From: a virus
Taxonomy: Duplodnaviria > Caudoviricetes
IMG/VR virus record: IMGVR_UViG_3300013936_000011
Span: 32,001-96,000 of that record
Length of the DNA: 64,000 nt
Direction: 5' to 3' (one strand)
Below the pieces are notes generated by a model. The model did no database searches and was not told where the DNA came from. It was given only the letters and a program-made list of their open reading frames with translations. How positions within the stretch are numbered: the stretch's first letter is position 1; each line of letters starts with the position of its first letter. This document shows, piece by piece, positions 1 to 8,093 of the stretch. Made by a program: the position numbers and the translations under genes.

Positions 1-247
1 ACAAGTTAAAGATGAAGTTATAGAAAAGATAGAGGTTATAGAAGAAAAGAAGGAAGAAGTAAAGGCCGAAAGACCTAGAAAAAAAGTTAAAAGAAAACCA
101 GATGATTCTAATAAGCTACTAAAACAAGAAGAGGAAGTAAAGGAAGAAGAAGCGAAAAAAGAAGAAGTTCCTGATGAAAGTCCACTTGCTAAAGTAGCAG
201 AGCTTATTAAAGAAAAAGATAAGGCTGAAGAAAATAACAATGGCTAA
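1..247 (+). CDS. 3' end of a Glu/Lys-rich protein (partial, begins before window)
   Basis: Open frame from nt 2 (QVKDEVIEKIEVIEEKKEEVK...EENNNG) to TAA 245-247, overlapping the next ATG at 240. Confidence 0.8.
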   Translation, partial: QVKDEVIEKIEVIEEKKEEVKAERPRKKVKRKPDDSNKLLKQEEEVKEEEAKKEEVPDESPLAKVAELIKEKDKAEENNNG

Positions 248-1262
248 TGTTCAAAATGTATTTTGTATTACTGGAATAGATACTAATTTTTCTAAAAAAA
301 CAATAATTATCGAAACTAATTTTCATGTTGATGCAAATACTGTAGATTTAGATACAGTTAGAGTTTATAGTATAAACAACGAAGTTGATATTGAATTACC
401 ACAGACAATTAAAATAAGAGGTAAAAAGATATATGTATACTTAGAAGATTTTCCTACTCCTAATGAATCTTATTATTTAATAGTAAGAAACATAAAGGAT
501 AAACTAGGAAGAGTATTAGCAGACGCTTTTGATAAACGTATTTATTTCGATTTTGGATCTATGGGTGAACTTAAAATAGTATCACCTAAAGACCAATATT
601 TGCACACAATTAAAGACGAGCCTATAAGGATTAAATTAGCTATATCTAACGAAGATACTGAAACTAAATATAGATTCGAGATTTCGTCTGATATAGCTTT
701 TTTTAATAAAGAAACAATTCTAATTAGTAATAGTAAAGCTATAGAAATGCCTAATAATTCTATGTACGAATTAGGAGATGTATCAAAAGAAAATATAGTA
801 TATGCGACAGACGAAAAAGGAAATGTTCTCGTTGATGAAAATGGTACACGTGTTATTGAATCTAGTGAGATTGTAGTTAACTTATTCATTAAGAAAAATG
901 AGATATTCTACTTAAGAGCTAGATTAGAAAAGACTGAAAATTACTTCAGTGATTGGAGTGAAATGGTACAATTCCAGACTTGTTATACAGCTCCATTAGA
1001 AGATGAATCTGGTTATTTAGATGATAATGTTATATCTAACAGAGAAGCTTTTGAAGACTTTTTATCTTATGAAGATATGTTTGCTGAAGAAGATGAGGTA
1101 GCTCCTGAGATAGTAAGTAAATCTGAAATAGGTAAAACAAATCAAGAGTTCTATGTTGAATACAATAAAAATATTAAATTTAAGAAAACTGATGAATCGC
1201 AGTTTACTGAGGATGGTTTATTATATATAGGAAAAACATTTATGACAAGGAGGGATTTATAA
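240..1262 (+). CDS. Putative virion structural protein with Ig/FN3-like beta-sandwich domains and acidic C-terminus
   Basis: 340-aa ORF; beta-rich patterns (YYLIVRNIKDKLG; YRFEISSDIAF...FYLRAR...SDWSE) resemble Ig/FN3 folds; position in neck region. Confidence 0.5.
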   Translation: MANVQNVFCITGIDTNFSKKTIIIETNFHVDANTVDLDTVRVYSINNEVDIELPQTIKIRGKKIYVYLEDFPTPNESYYLIVRNIKDKLGRVLADAFDKRIYFDFGSMGELKIVSPKDQYLHTIKDEPIRIKLAISNEDTETKYRFEISSDIAFFNKETILISNSKAIEMPNNSMYELGDVSKENIVYATDEKGNVLVDENGTRVIESSEIVVNLFIKKNEIFYLRARLEKTENYFSDWSEMVQFQTCYTAPLEDESGYLDDNVISNREAFEDFLSYEDMFAEEDEVAPEIVSKSEIGKTNQEFYVEYNKNIKFKKTDESQFTEDGLLYIGKTFMTRRDL

Positions 1263-2005
1263 TGGCTCAATTCGAATTTCCAGATGACAAACCTAGGGTA
1301 CTAGCTGGACGTGAAAAGATACCTGTGTATATGTTTATTGATCCAGATGAGCCTAACATTGTATATTTCCAACATAATGATCAAGTAGAGATACTTGATA
1401 ATAGTGAGTATACATTAAACGTCCCTTCTTTTGAATTTGAAGATGGTACTACTAGTGCTAAAGAAAGTATAAAGGTAACAACTGAATTAAAACCAATGTA
1501 TGTATCAATACAAGATGTGAAGAGTTTAGCTGGAGGGCTTCCATTAGAAGATGCAGATATTGCTTATCATATAAGACAAGCTAGCTTAATAGCTGAATAC
1601 TGGTCATGCAAAGATTCTGAACTTGTACCAGAAAAGTTAGCTGATATATTTGGTACTACAGAACAAATAAAAGAGGATTATTATCCTTTTCATATGTTCA
1701 TTAAATATCAAGCTGTAGTTGATTGCATACGTGAGTTTTATATAGCAGCTGTAGCAAGACCTTCTGAATATCATGATGTATTATCAGATTTAGAGAGAAA
1801 AGAAAAGATGGATCTTGGCGCTATTAAAGATTTATTAGATGCTTTAACTGGAGAAGCTGAAGATTGGTTGGCATATGTAGTAACAATTACTGCAGATCCT
1901 CAATGGGCATTACGTGGTAAATACTCATACGCTATTACTAATAAATCTTATAAACCTTATCACCCTACTCTACTTGATAGAGGCGGATGGAACAGGGGGT
2001 ATTAG
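1262..2005 (+). CDS. Putative head-tail adaptor / neck protein
   Basis: 247 aa; TAATG-coupled; MYVSIQDVK...IAYHIRQASLIAEYW resembles the start of gp6/gp15-type adaptor helices; synteny. Confidence 0.45.
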   Translation: MAQFEFPDDKPRVLAGREKIPVYMFIDPDEPNIVYFQHNDQVEILDNSEYTLNVPSFEFEDGTTSAKESIKVTTELKPMYVSIQDVKSLAGGLPLEDADIAYHIRQASLIAEYWSCKDSELVPEKLADIFGTTEQIKEDYYPFHMFIKYQAVVDCIREFYIAAVARPSEYHDVLSDLERKEKMDLGAIKDLLDALTGEAEDWLAYVVTITADPQWALRGKYSYAITNKSYKPYHPTLLDRGGWNRGY

Positions 2006-2008
2006 AAT

Positions 2009-2479
2009 ATGAAAACAGACGAAATTAATGAAAAAACTGTCCGATTGTTACTTAATAGATATGGATATTATTTCTATATTATAAAAAGGATACCTAATAC
2101 TAGATGTACATGTGTAGACCCTACAACCAAAGATCCCGATTTATCATGTAAAAAATGTCTAGGATTAGGTACAAGGGTTAAAATAAAAAAAGTATTTGGT
2201 GCCATTCGTGAATCACAAGAACGTGAAACTAGTGTTGCACAAAATATATCTTCTACTCCTAAAATAGTATATATAGACGGATTAGAATATGTAAATAAAG
2301 ATGATGTCGTCATAGATTCTGAAAATGTATATAATGTATTGCATATACAATATCATAGAGGAGGTAAAGGTAGTCAACAATTTACCAGACTAGTATGTCC
2401 TAATAGAAAAAGTAATACTGCTAAATTTGCTAAAAATTTTAAAGAGGTTTTACATGATCATAAATTACGAAAAAAATAA
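2009..2479 (+). CDS. Putative head-closure (stopper) protein with Cys cluster
   Basis: 156 aa; CTC-x11-CKKCLGLG zinc-knuckle-like motif followed by beta-barrel pattern (DDVVID...YNVLHI); between adaptor and tail genes. Confidence 0.5.
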   Translation: MKTDEINEKTVRLLLNRYGYYFYIIKRIPNTRCTCVDPTTKDPDLSCKKCLGLGTRVKIKKVFGAIRESQERETSVAQNISSTPKIVYIDGLEYVNKDDVVIDSENVYNVLHIQYHRGGKGSQQFTRLVCPNRKSNTAKFAKNFKEVLHDHKLRKK

Positions 2480-3518
2480 TATTAATTATAAGTCTAGTAT
2501 TAACATAAATTACAATGAAATGAGCATTGTTCTATTAGGTCCAGCAGATACCATGAATGAAAAATGTAATATTATAAATCCTATGAGTCTAGATAATGCG
2601 ATAATATTATATGGCGAAGATTCTGATTTAGCACAAGCTTATAAACAGGCTTACGCTATAACAGATACTCTTAACATATTTACAGTTAATTGTCAAACTG
2701 TATCTGATTATATAAATATTATAGATGACTTAATACAGTATGATTTTACATTTATAGTTCCTATTGGTATATATCTTAGTGATACATTCTATGACCCATC
2801 AACACAAAGAACGCGAAGTTTTGTATTTTATTATCTTGAAACTTTAAAAAATGTTAATAGTTTAGCTACTTTAATCATGACAGATAAACATGCTGAACTA
2901 TATGAAGATATCGATGATTATCTAACAAAGATGAAGAAAGTATGGAATACTATAAAGCGTAGAACAGGCTTTATGTCTTTATTAACAAACTATGGTTCTA
3001 ACTTATTAATAACTCTTAATATGCTAAAAGATATTAAATACAGCAATGTTATATTAAGCGCACTTCTAGCATCTTGTGACTTACCTAATTATCCTAAATC
3101 TATAAATTATACGCCAATCTATGATTTAGATGTTAACGATCTAACAGGACTTAGCGATTTCATTCATTTTAAATATAATTACATGACTGAAAGCACAAGT
3201 ATAGAAAATCTAGTTAACTGTAGAACAACTAGAAATATCTATAAAAATGCAATAATAGACATGATAATTAAAAAGGTTATTAAAGTAATGGACTTAAATG
3301 AATATAAAGGTAAGTTATATAATGCCTATACTAAGCTGCAAATCTCAAATAAAATTACTAATGTTTTAAAGCCATATATCAATAAACTTTTCAAATCATA
3401 TGAATTAATAAATATCGGATTTGTTAAAACAGGTCCTAGCTTTGGTTATATATATATAGAACTATCTATTATTCCGTTTGGATCAATTGAAGAATTAAAA
3501 GTTGTAATGGAGGTTTAG
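2454..3518 (+). CDS. Small tail-sheath-like protein (sheath paralogue)
   Basis: Start revised to ATG 2454 (GAGG SD at 2444-2447). N-term IVLLGPA...AIILYGEDSDLAQAYKQAY and C-term EYKGKL...IYIELSIIPFGSIEELKVVMEV parallel the termini of the 988-aa sheath. Confidence 0.6.
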   Translation: MIINYEKNNINYKSSININYNEMSIVLLGPADTMNEKCNIINPMSLDNAIILYGEDSDLAQAYKQAYAITDTLNIFTVNCQTVSDYINIIDDLIQYDFTFIVPIGIYLSDTFYDPSTQRTRSFVFYYLETLKNVNSLATLIMTDKHAELYEDIDDYLTKMKKVWNTIKRRTGFMSLLTNYGSNLLITLNMLKDIKYSNVILSALLASCDLPNYPKSINYTPIYDLDVNDLTGLSDFIHFKYNYMTESTSIENLVNCRTTRNIYKNAIIDMIIKKVIKVMDLNEYKGKLYNAYTKLQISNKITNVLKPYINKLFKSYELINIGFVKTGPSFGYIYIELSIIPFGSIEELKVVMEV

Positions 3519-3521
3519 GAT

Positions 3522-4310
3522 ATGAAACAAGATGATTTTAAACAACTTGAAGACATATTAACCACATTAGATGTTACTCTATTAAATCGACACTCATACA
3601 TACAAAACGAATTTGATAGCATACCAACAAGTGATTTAGAAACAAAGAAGAAAAGATTAAGAGCTCAAGGTAATGCTCAGGTCAGAGATTTTGTATCAAT
3701 GGTAGGGTTAATAGTGGAGTCAATATTTGAAGATCAACATGTCGAATACTTACCATATGAAAAAACATACAGCGTACGTGAAGATATGGATCAAACTATA
3801 ACACATCCTTATATAGCATGGAGAATAGTTCACAGAGAATATAGAGATAAATCAGCTTTGGGTCCTTATATCAGAGACACATTAATAGATGATGAAGGGC
3901 GTACAGGAGAGGTAAGTTCAGAGTGTTTTCAAACTAGAGTTAGATTTTACATAATTAATACAGAAATGAATTTATGTTGGGATCTAATGGATGAGTTTGA
4001 AGATATGTTAATTGAATATAAACCACATATTAAGAAACAGGGTATAGTTAATTATTATTTCGATCAACAACTAGAAGATGATTTTGCACAAGACTTCAGA
4101 GATATCGTCTCTATCTTAACCCTTGACTACATAATATTAACAGAAAAAAATAGGGTAATATTTAGAGAGAATACAAAAAGTATTTTGCTTCGTGGAGAAG
4201 CTGTTAACGAAGATGGTTCACCAATAACAGCTAGCGGTAAAGTATATACCGATAATGAAGAAGAGGTATTAGCTTCATTAAAAAATAATACTGATATTAA
4301 TAGAAAATAA
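3522..4310 (+). CDS. Putative tail terminator / tail completion protein
   Basis: 262 aa directly before sheath; HPYIAWRIVHRE...QTRVRFYI...LMDEFEDML alpha/beta pattern typical of terminator folds; mostly synteny. Confidence 0.45.
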   Translation: MKQDDFKQLEDILTTLDVTLLNRHSYIQNEFDSIPTSDLETKKKRLRAQGNAQVRDFVSMVGLIVESIFEDQHVEYLPYEKTYSVREDMDQTITHPYIAWRIVHREYRDKSALGPYIRDTLIDDEGRTGEVSSECFQTRVRFYIINTEMNLCWDLMDEFEDMLIEYKPHIKKQGIVNYYFDQQLEDDFAQDFRDIVSILTLDYIILTEKNRVIFRENTKSILLRGEAVNEDGSPITASGKVYTDNEEEVLASLKNNTDINRK

Positions 4311-4332
4311 ATACATAAGGAGGATAAAACCT

Positions 4333-7299
4333 ATGAGTATGACTTTATTTGATGATGAATTGACACTTCCTGGTGTCATAACTCAGGTAGTTCCAGATTA
4401 TTCTAGTGGATATGATACAAGTGCTTGGGGTACTACTGAATCTGTAACAATAATAGGTACAGCATTCAATGGTCCTGTAGGTAAGCCAGTACAAATTGCT
4501 ACTCCTGAACAAGCTAAATATATATTTGGTGACAGTTTTGATACTGCAACTAAAAGAGAAGCTACATTAGTAGCTGAAGTATACGATGCTTGGCAAAGAG
4601 GATGTAGAACTATATATGCAGTCAGAGTATCTGGAGACGAAATGTATAAAGACTACGACTTAGCAGTTGAGTCTAATTTAAAATTAAGAATTAGTGGATT
4701 ATTCCCTTCTAATGGTAATAAAGCTTGCTACATGACTTTTGCTTGTAAACAAGGTTCAAGTACAGCTTTTGGTGATGAAGAAGGTGTAATCAAAATCTAT
4801 AAACCTGGCGATAAAACAACTATAGATGAAAAAATAGCTGGTGTTGTAGATTCAATTGACGAATTATTAGTTACTACTATAAACTTAGATGAAAATGGAT
4901 TTGAACGTGGATCAAGATTAAGCGACTTATTAGATACTATAAATAATAATAGCCATAATAATGTTTTACGTGTAGATTTAGTTGATAAAGATGGTGTACC
5001 AAGAACTAATTCAGACCCTGAAGTTCAACAATTAACTGTAGCAGCTATGTTCCCAGGCATATATACTATATGTAGAGATAAAACAGCTGAAGGTGTGACA
5101 TTAACTACTGACGTTAAAGTTGTTGCTGATCAAACTTTATCTGGGGCTGAATCAGAACCAGTATGGAAACACTTAATAGCTAATACAAATCCTGACAAAC
5201 CATATCCTATATTTGCAGAAAATATTTCTACATTTGATAAATTACTTCCAAGCGGAATAGTAGTTGATGCAAACTTCGATTTCTTAAACGATACAGGTGT
5301 AATAGATAGAATATTAGTAGCTGATAACGTAGATTACGAAGGTGTAGATGTTACTGGATTTGAACTATACAAAAAATTAGGTTCTGGATTTGCTAGAACA
5401 GCTTGCTTAAAGAAACTAGGAGACAAATTAGTAAGTGGTTCAGTAGAAGAAGGAAATGCAGTATACGAACCTAGATATAAAGTTATAGCTGCTCCTGATG
5501 GTGACAAATACAAAGTAGTAGGAATAAATGATGGTATTTATTCTGTATTACAAATGCATGAATCAGATTATCTTGTATTAGCAGCTGCTACTGCAGAAAC
5601 TGATTTGAGTGCTAAATTACCTAAGAAAAAAGATTTCTTATTCGTAGAATCTAACGATGGTATAGCTGTAAATGACGCAGAACAAAATAAAATAATGAAC
5701 ATAAGCTGTAAGATAGACAAAGAAGATTTAAATGCTATGCCATGTAAATACGATATAAAATTAGCTTCGTATCCTGGTGATGAAGATGTTAAATCTAAAT
5801 TAATGGACGAACAAATCTTAAGATTACCTTGCGTAACTAAAGACGCTGCATTCGACCATGGTGTTGAAAAAGGACAATTAGCATTTGTTTTAGCTGACGG
5901 TATAATTCAAAAATTTGATGGTAAAAAATTCGTTGATGCTGAAGCAGGTATAGTTGAATTATCTAGAGTACTTGTAGAAGAAAGCGGCGAATTAAAAGTA
6001 TACGAAAAAGGAACAGAAACAACTGATAGTGGAGCTGTTAAGTTTACTGCTGTAGCTGATCCATTTACTAGTGATTCTGGTACTTACGAATATTTAGTTG
6101 CTTTCTGTGATGATGAAGCATTCGTTTATAAAAAAGATGATGATAAGATAGTACCATTTATGTCATTAAAAGACTTAGCAGATAACGTAATATCTACTGA
6201 AGACTTTATGTTGGTAGCTGCTGAACCAGATATCCCAGTATTAGATTGTGATAATATAACATTTATACATATCTATTCTGATATGATGGATTACTGTACA
6301 GTAGAAGAATTTGTTAAAGAACTTAATGAATGTGAAATGTTAAATGACAGATTTACTTTTGAATGTGTTGAAGGTAAAGATCAAGATGAATTAGAAGGAT
6401 TAGTATTAACTGGTTCTGGAACTAATTTAGCATTAGATGAAAAAGGTAACGTAGTTACTGCATACGATACTACTTTACGTATACCATATACTACTACAGA
6501 TAACTTTGCAAGACACCTTGCTCAACATTGTTTATATACTTCATTAAAATCTTATCCAACTCATGGTGTTATAGGTTGCGATAGATTACAAGGTATATCA
6601 TTAAACAATATAGCTGATAGAGTAAATGAAATATGCAACTTAGATTTAGATATGTATGCTAAGAAATCTAATGGACGTAATATGTATGACGCCAATAATG
6701 AACCACATCCAATAGGACGTTGTTTATCAGTTACATTTATGCAATACACAGTTACTACTGGTAATGGTTATTATTATATTTCTTCTGGTGCAGCTGGATA
6801 TGCTGGTATGATATCTACATTAGATCCAGATAGATCTTCAACTAATCAACCTTTCAATATAGACTCATTACAATACACATTATCAAATGCTCAATTAACT
6901 AAGTTAAATACAATTGGTATAGTATGTTGTAAAGAATCTCCTACTCTAGGAATAGTTGTAGTAGATGGTGTAACTCAAGCTCCTGCAACTTCAGTATACA
7001 GAAGATTATCTACTACTAAGATAATAAATGCAATAGGTAGAATATTAAAAGAAGTTATCGAACCATTCATCGGTAAACCAAGAACATTATCTAACTTAAA
7101 TGCTATGGAAACAGCTATAAAATCTGCTTTAAATAAAATAGTAGGCGTATTAATCAATGACTATTCATTTGAAATAGTTACAGATAGTGCTTCTGCTAGA
7201 TTAGGTGTCGTTAAGATAGATTATGCTATATATCCAGCTTACGAAATCAGAGAAGTAAGAAATACTATAACTGTTACTGAAAATGCTATAAACGAATAA
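4333..7299 (+). CDS. Contractile tail sheath protein
   Basis: LPGVITQV...IIGTAFNGPVGKPVQI...AKYIFG N-terminus; GYAG, LNTIGI, VVVDGVT, YRRLSTTKII, EPFIGKP, IYPAYEIREV sheath C-domain; AGGAGG SD. Confidence 0.92.
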   Translation: MSMTLFDDELTLPGVITQVVPDYSSGYDTSAWGTTESVTIIGTAFNGPVGKPVQIATPEQAKYIFGDSFDTATKREATLVAEVYDAWQRGCRTIYAVRVSGDEMYKDYDLAVESNLKLRISGLFPSNGNKACYMTFACKQGSSTAFGDEEGVIKIYKPGDKTTIDEKIAGVVDSIDELLVTTINLDENGFERGSRLSDLLDTINNNSHNNVLRVDLVDKDGVPRTNSDPEVQQLTVAAMFPGIYTICRDKTAEGVTLTTDVKVVADQTLSGAESEPVWKHLIANTNPDKPYPIFAENISTFDKLLPSGIVVDANFDFLNDTGVIDRILVADNVDYEGVDVTGFELYKKLGSGFARTACLKKLGDKLVSGSVEEGNAVYEPRYKVIAAPDGDKYKVVGINDGIYSVLQMHESDYLVLAAATAETDLSAKLPKKKDFLFVESNDGIAVNDAEQNKIMNISCKIDKEDLNAMPCKYDIKLASYPGDEDVKSKLMDEQILRLPCVTKDAAFDHGVEKGQLAFVLADGIIQKFDGKKFVDAEAGIVELSRVLVEESGELKVYEKGTETTDSGAVKFTAVADPFTSDSGTYEYLVAFCDDEAFVYKKDDDKIVPFMSLKDLADNVISTEDFMLVAAEPDIPVLDCDNITFIHIYSDMMDYCTVEEFVKELNECEMLNDRFTFECVEGKDQDELEGLVLTGSGTNLALDEKGNVVTAYDTTLRIPYTTTDNFARHLAQHCLYTSLKSYPTHGVIGCDRLQGISLNNIADRVNEICNLDLDMYAKKSNGRNMYDANNEPHPIGRCLSVTFMQYTVTTGNGYYYISSGAAGYAGMISTLDPDRSSTNQPFNIDSLQYTLSNAQLTKLNTIGIVCCKESPTLGIVVVDGVTQAPATSVYRRLSTTKIINAIGRILKEVIEPFIGKPRTLSNLNAMETAIKSALNKIVGVLINDYSFEIVTDSASARLGVVKIDYAIYPAYEIREVRNTITVTENAINE

Positions 7300-7341
7300 T
7301 TCCCTACTAGGAATTTAAATTAATAAAGGAGGAATTTAACT

Positions 7342-8010
7342 ATGGCTAATATGACAACTGAGCAATATACTAGTACATATTCAAGTTTTGGTGGTTGTGA
7401 TATAACTTGTACATTTAATGGTAAAGTTATCGGAGAATTACAAGCTATAAGTTATTCTATAAATAGAGAAAAAGTTGCAATCTATACTTTAGGTTCAGCA
7501 GAACCAAGATCTTTTTCAAGAGGTAAAAGAAGTATAGCTGGTAACTTAGTATTCGTATCTTTCGATAGAGATGCACTATTAGCTGAATTAGGTACAGAAC
7601 AAAAAATCTCTAAATTCAAAGCAAATGATGCTTATGCTTTTATGAGTAATGATGAACCTAGATTCATGAGCGTAGAAGATTGGGACAAATACATGTCAGA
7701 ATTAGCTTCACCTAATGGATTCACAGGTGGAGGAGAAACTGGCGGTACTTCTTCTGATATGGTTAACGACAGTGCTACTCCAGTTTATGCAGACGAATTA
7801 CTTCCATTCGATATCACAATAACATTAGCTAATGAATATGGACAAAAAGCTAGCATAGTATTATACGGAGTTGAACTATTAAATGAAGGTATGGGATTCT
7901 CTGTAGACTCATTAACTACTGAAAAAGCTTATACATTTATATGCAGATCAGTAGATACTATGAAAGCTATAGATGAAAATAATGCAGGTAAAATTTATAG
8001 TACTTGGTAG
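7342..8010 (+). CDS. Tail tube protein
   Basis: 222 aa after sheath; IGELQAISYSINREK..IYTLGSAEPRSFSRGKRSIAGNLVF tube-type pattern; AAAGGAGG SD; followed by terminator. Confidence 0.85.
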   Translation: MANMTTEQYTSTYSSFGGCDITCTFNGKVIGELQAISYSINREKVAIYTLGSAEPRSFSRGKRSIAGNLVFVSFDRDALLAELGTEQKISKFKANDAYAFMSNDEPRFMSVEDWDKYMSELASPNGFTGGGETGGTSSDMVNDSATPVYADELLPFDITITLANEYGQKASIVLYGVELLNEGMGFSVDSLTTEKAYTFICRSVDTMKAIDENNAGKIYSTW

Positions 8011-8043
8011 AATATATACATTGATAAGTAATATATTATAGAG

Positions 8044-8071
8044 AAGAGGGATAGTATTATCCCTCTTTTTT
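8044..8071 (+). terminator. Intrinsic terminator after sheath-tube
   Basis: AAGAGGGATA-GTAT-TATCCCTCTT stem-loop followed by TTTT. Confidence 0.85.
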
Positions 8072-8093
8072 AATACGCGAAGGTGGTGAAAAA

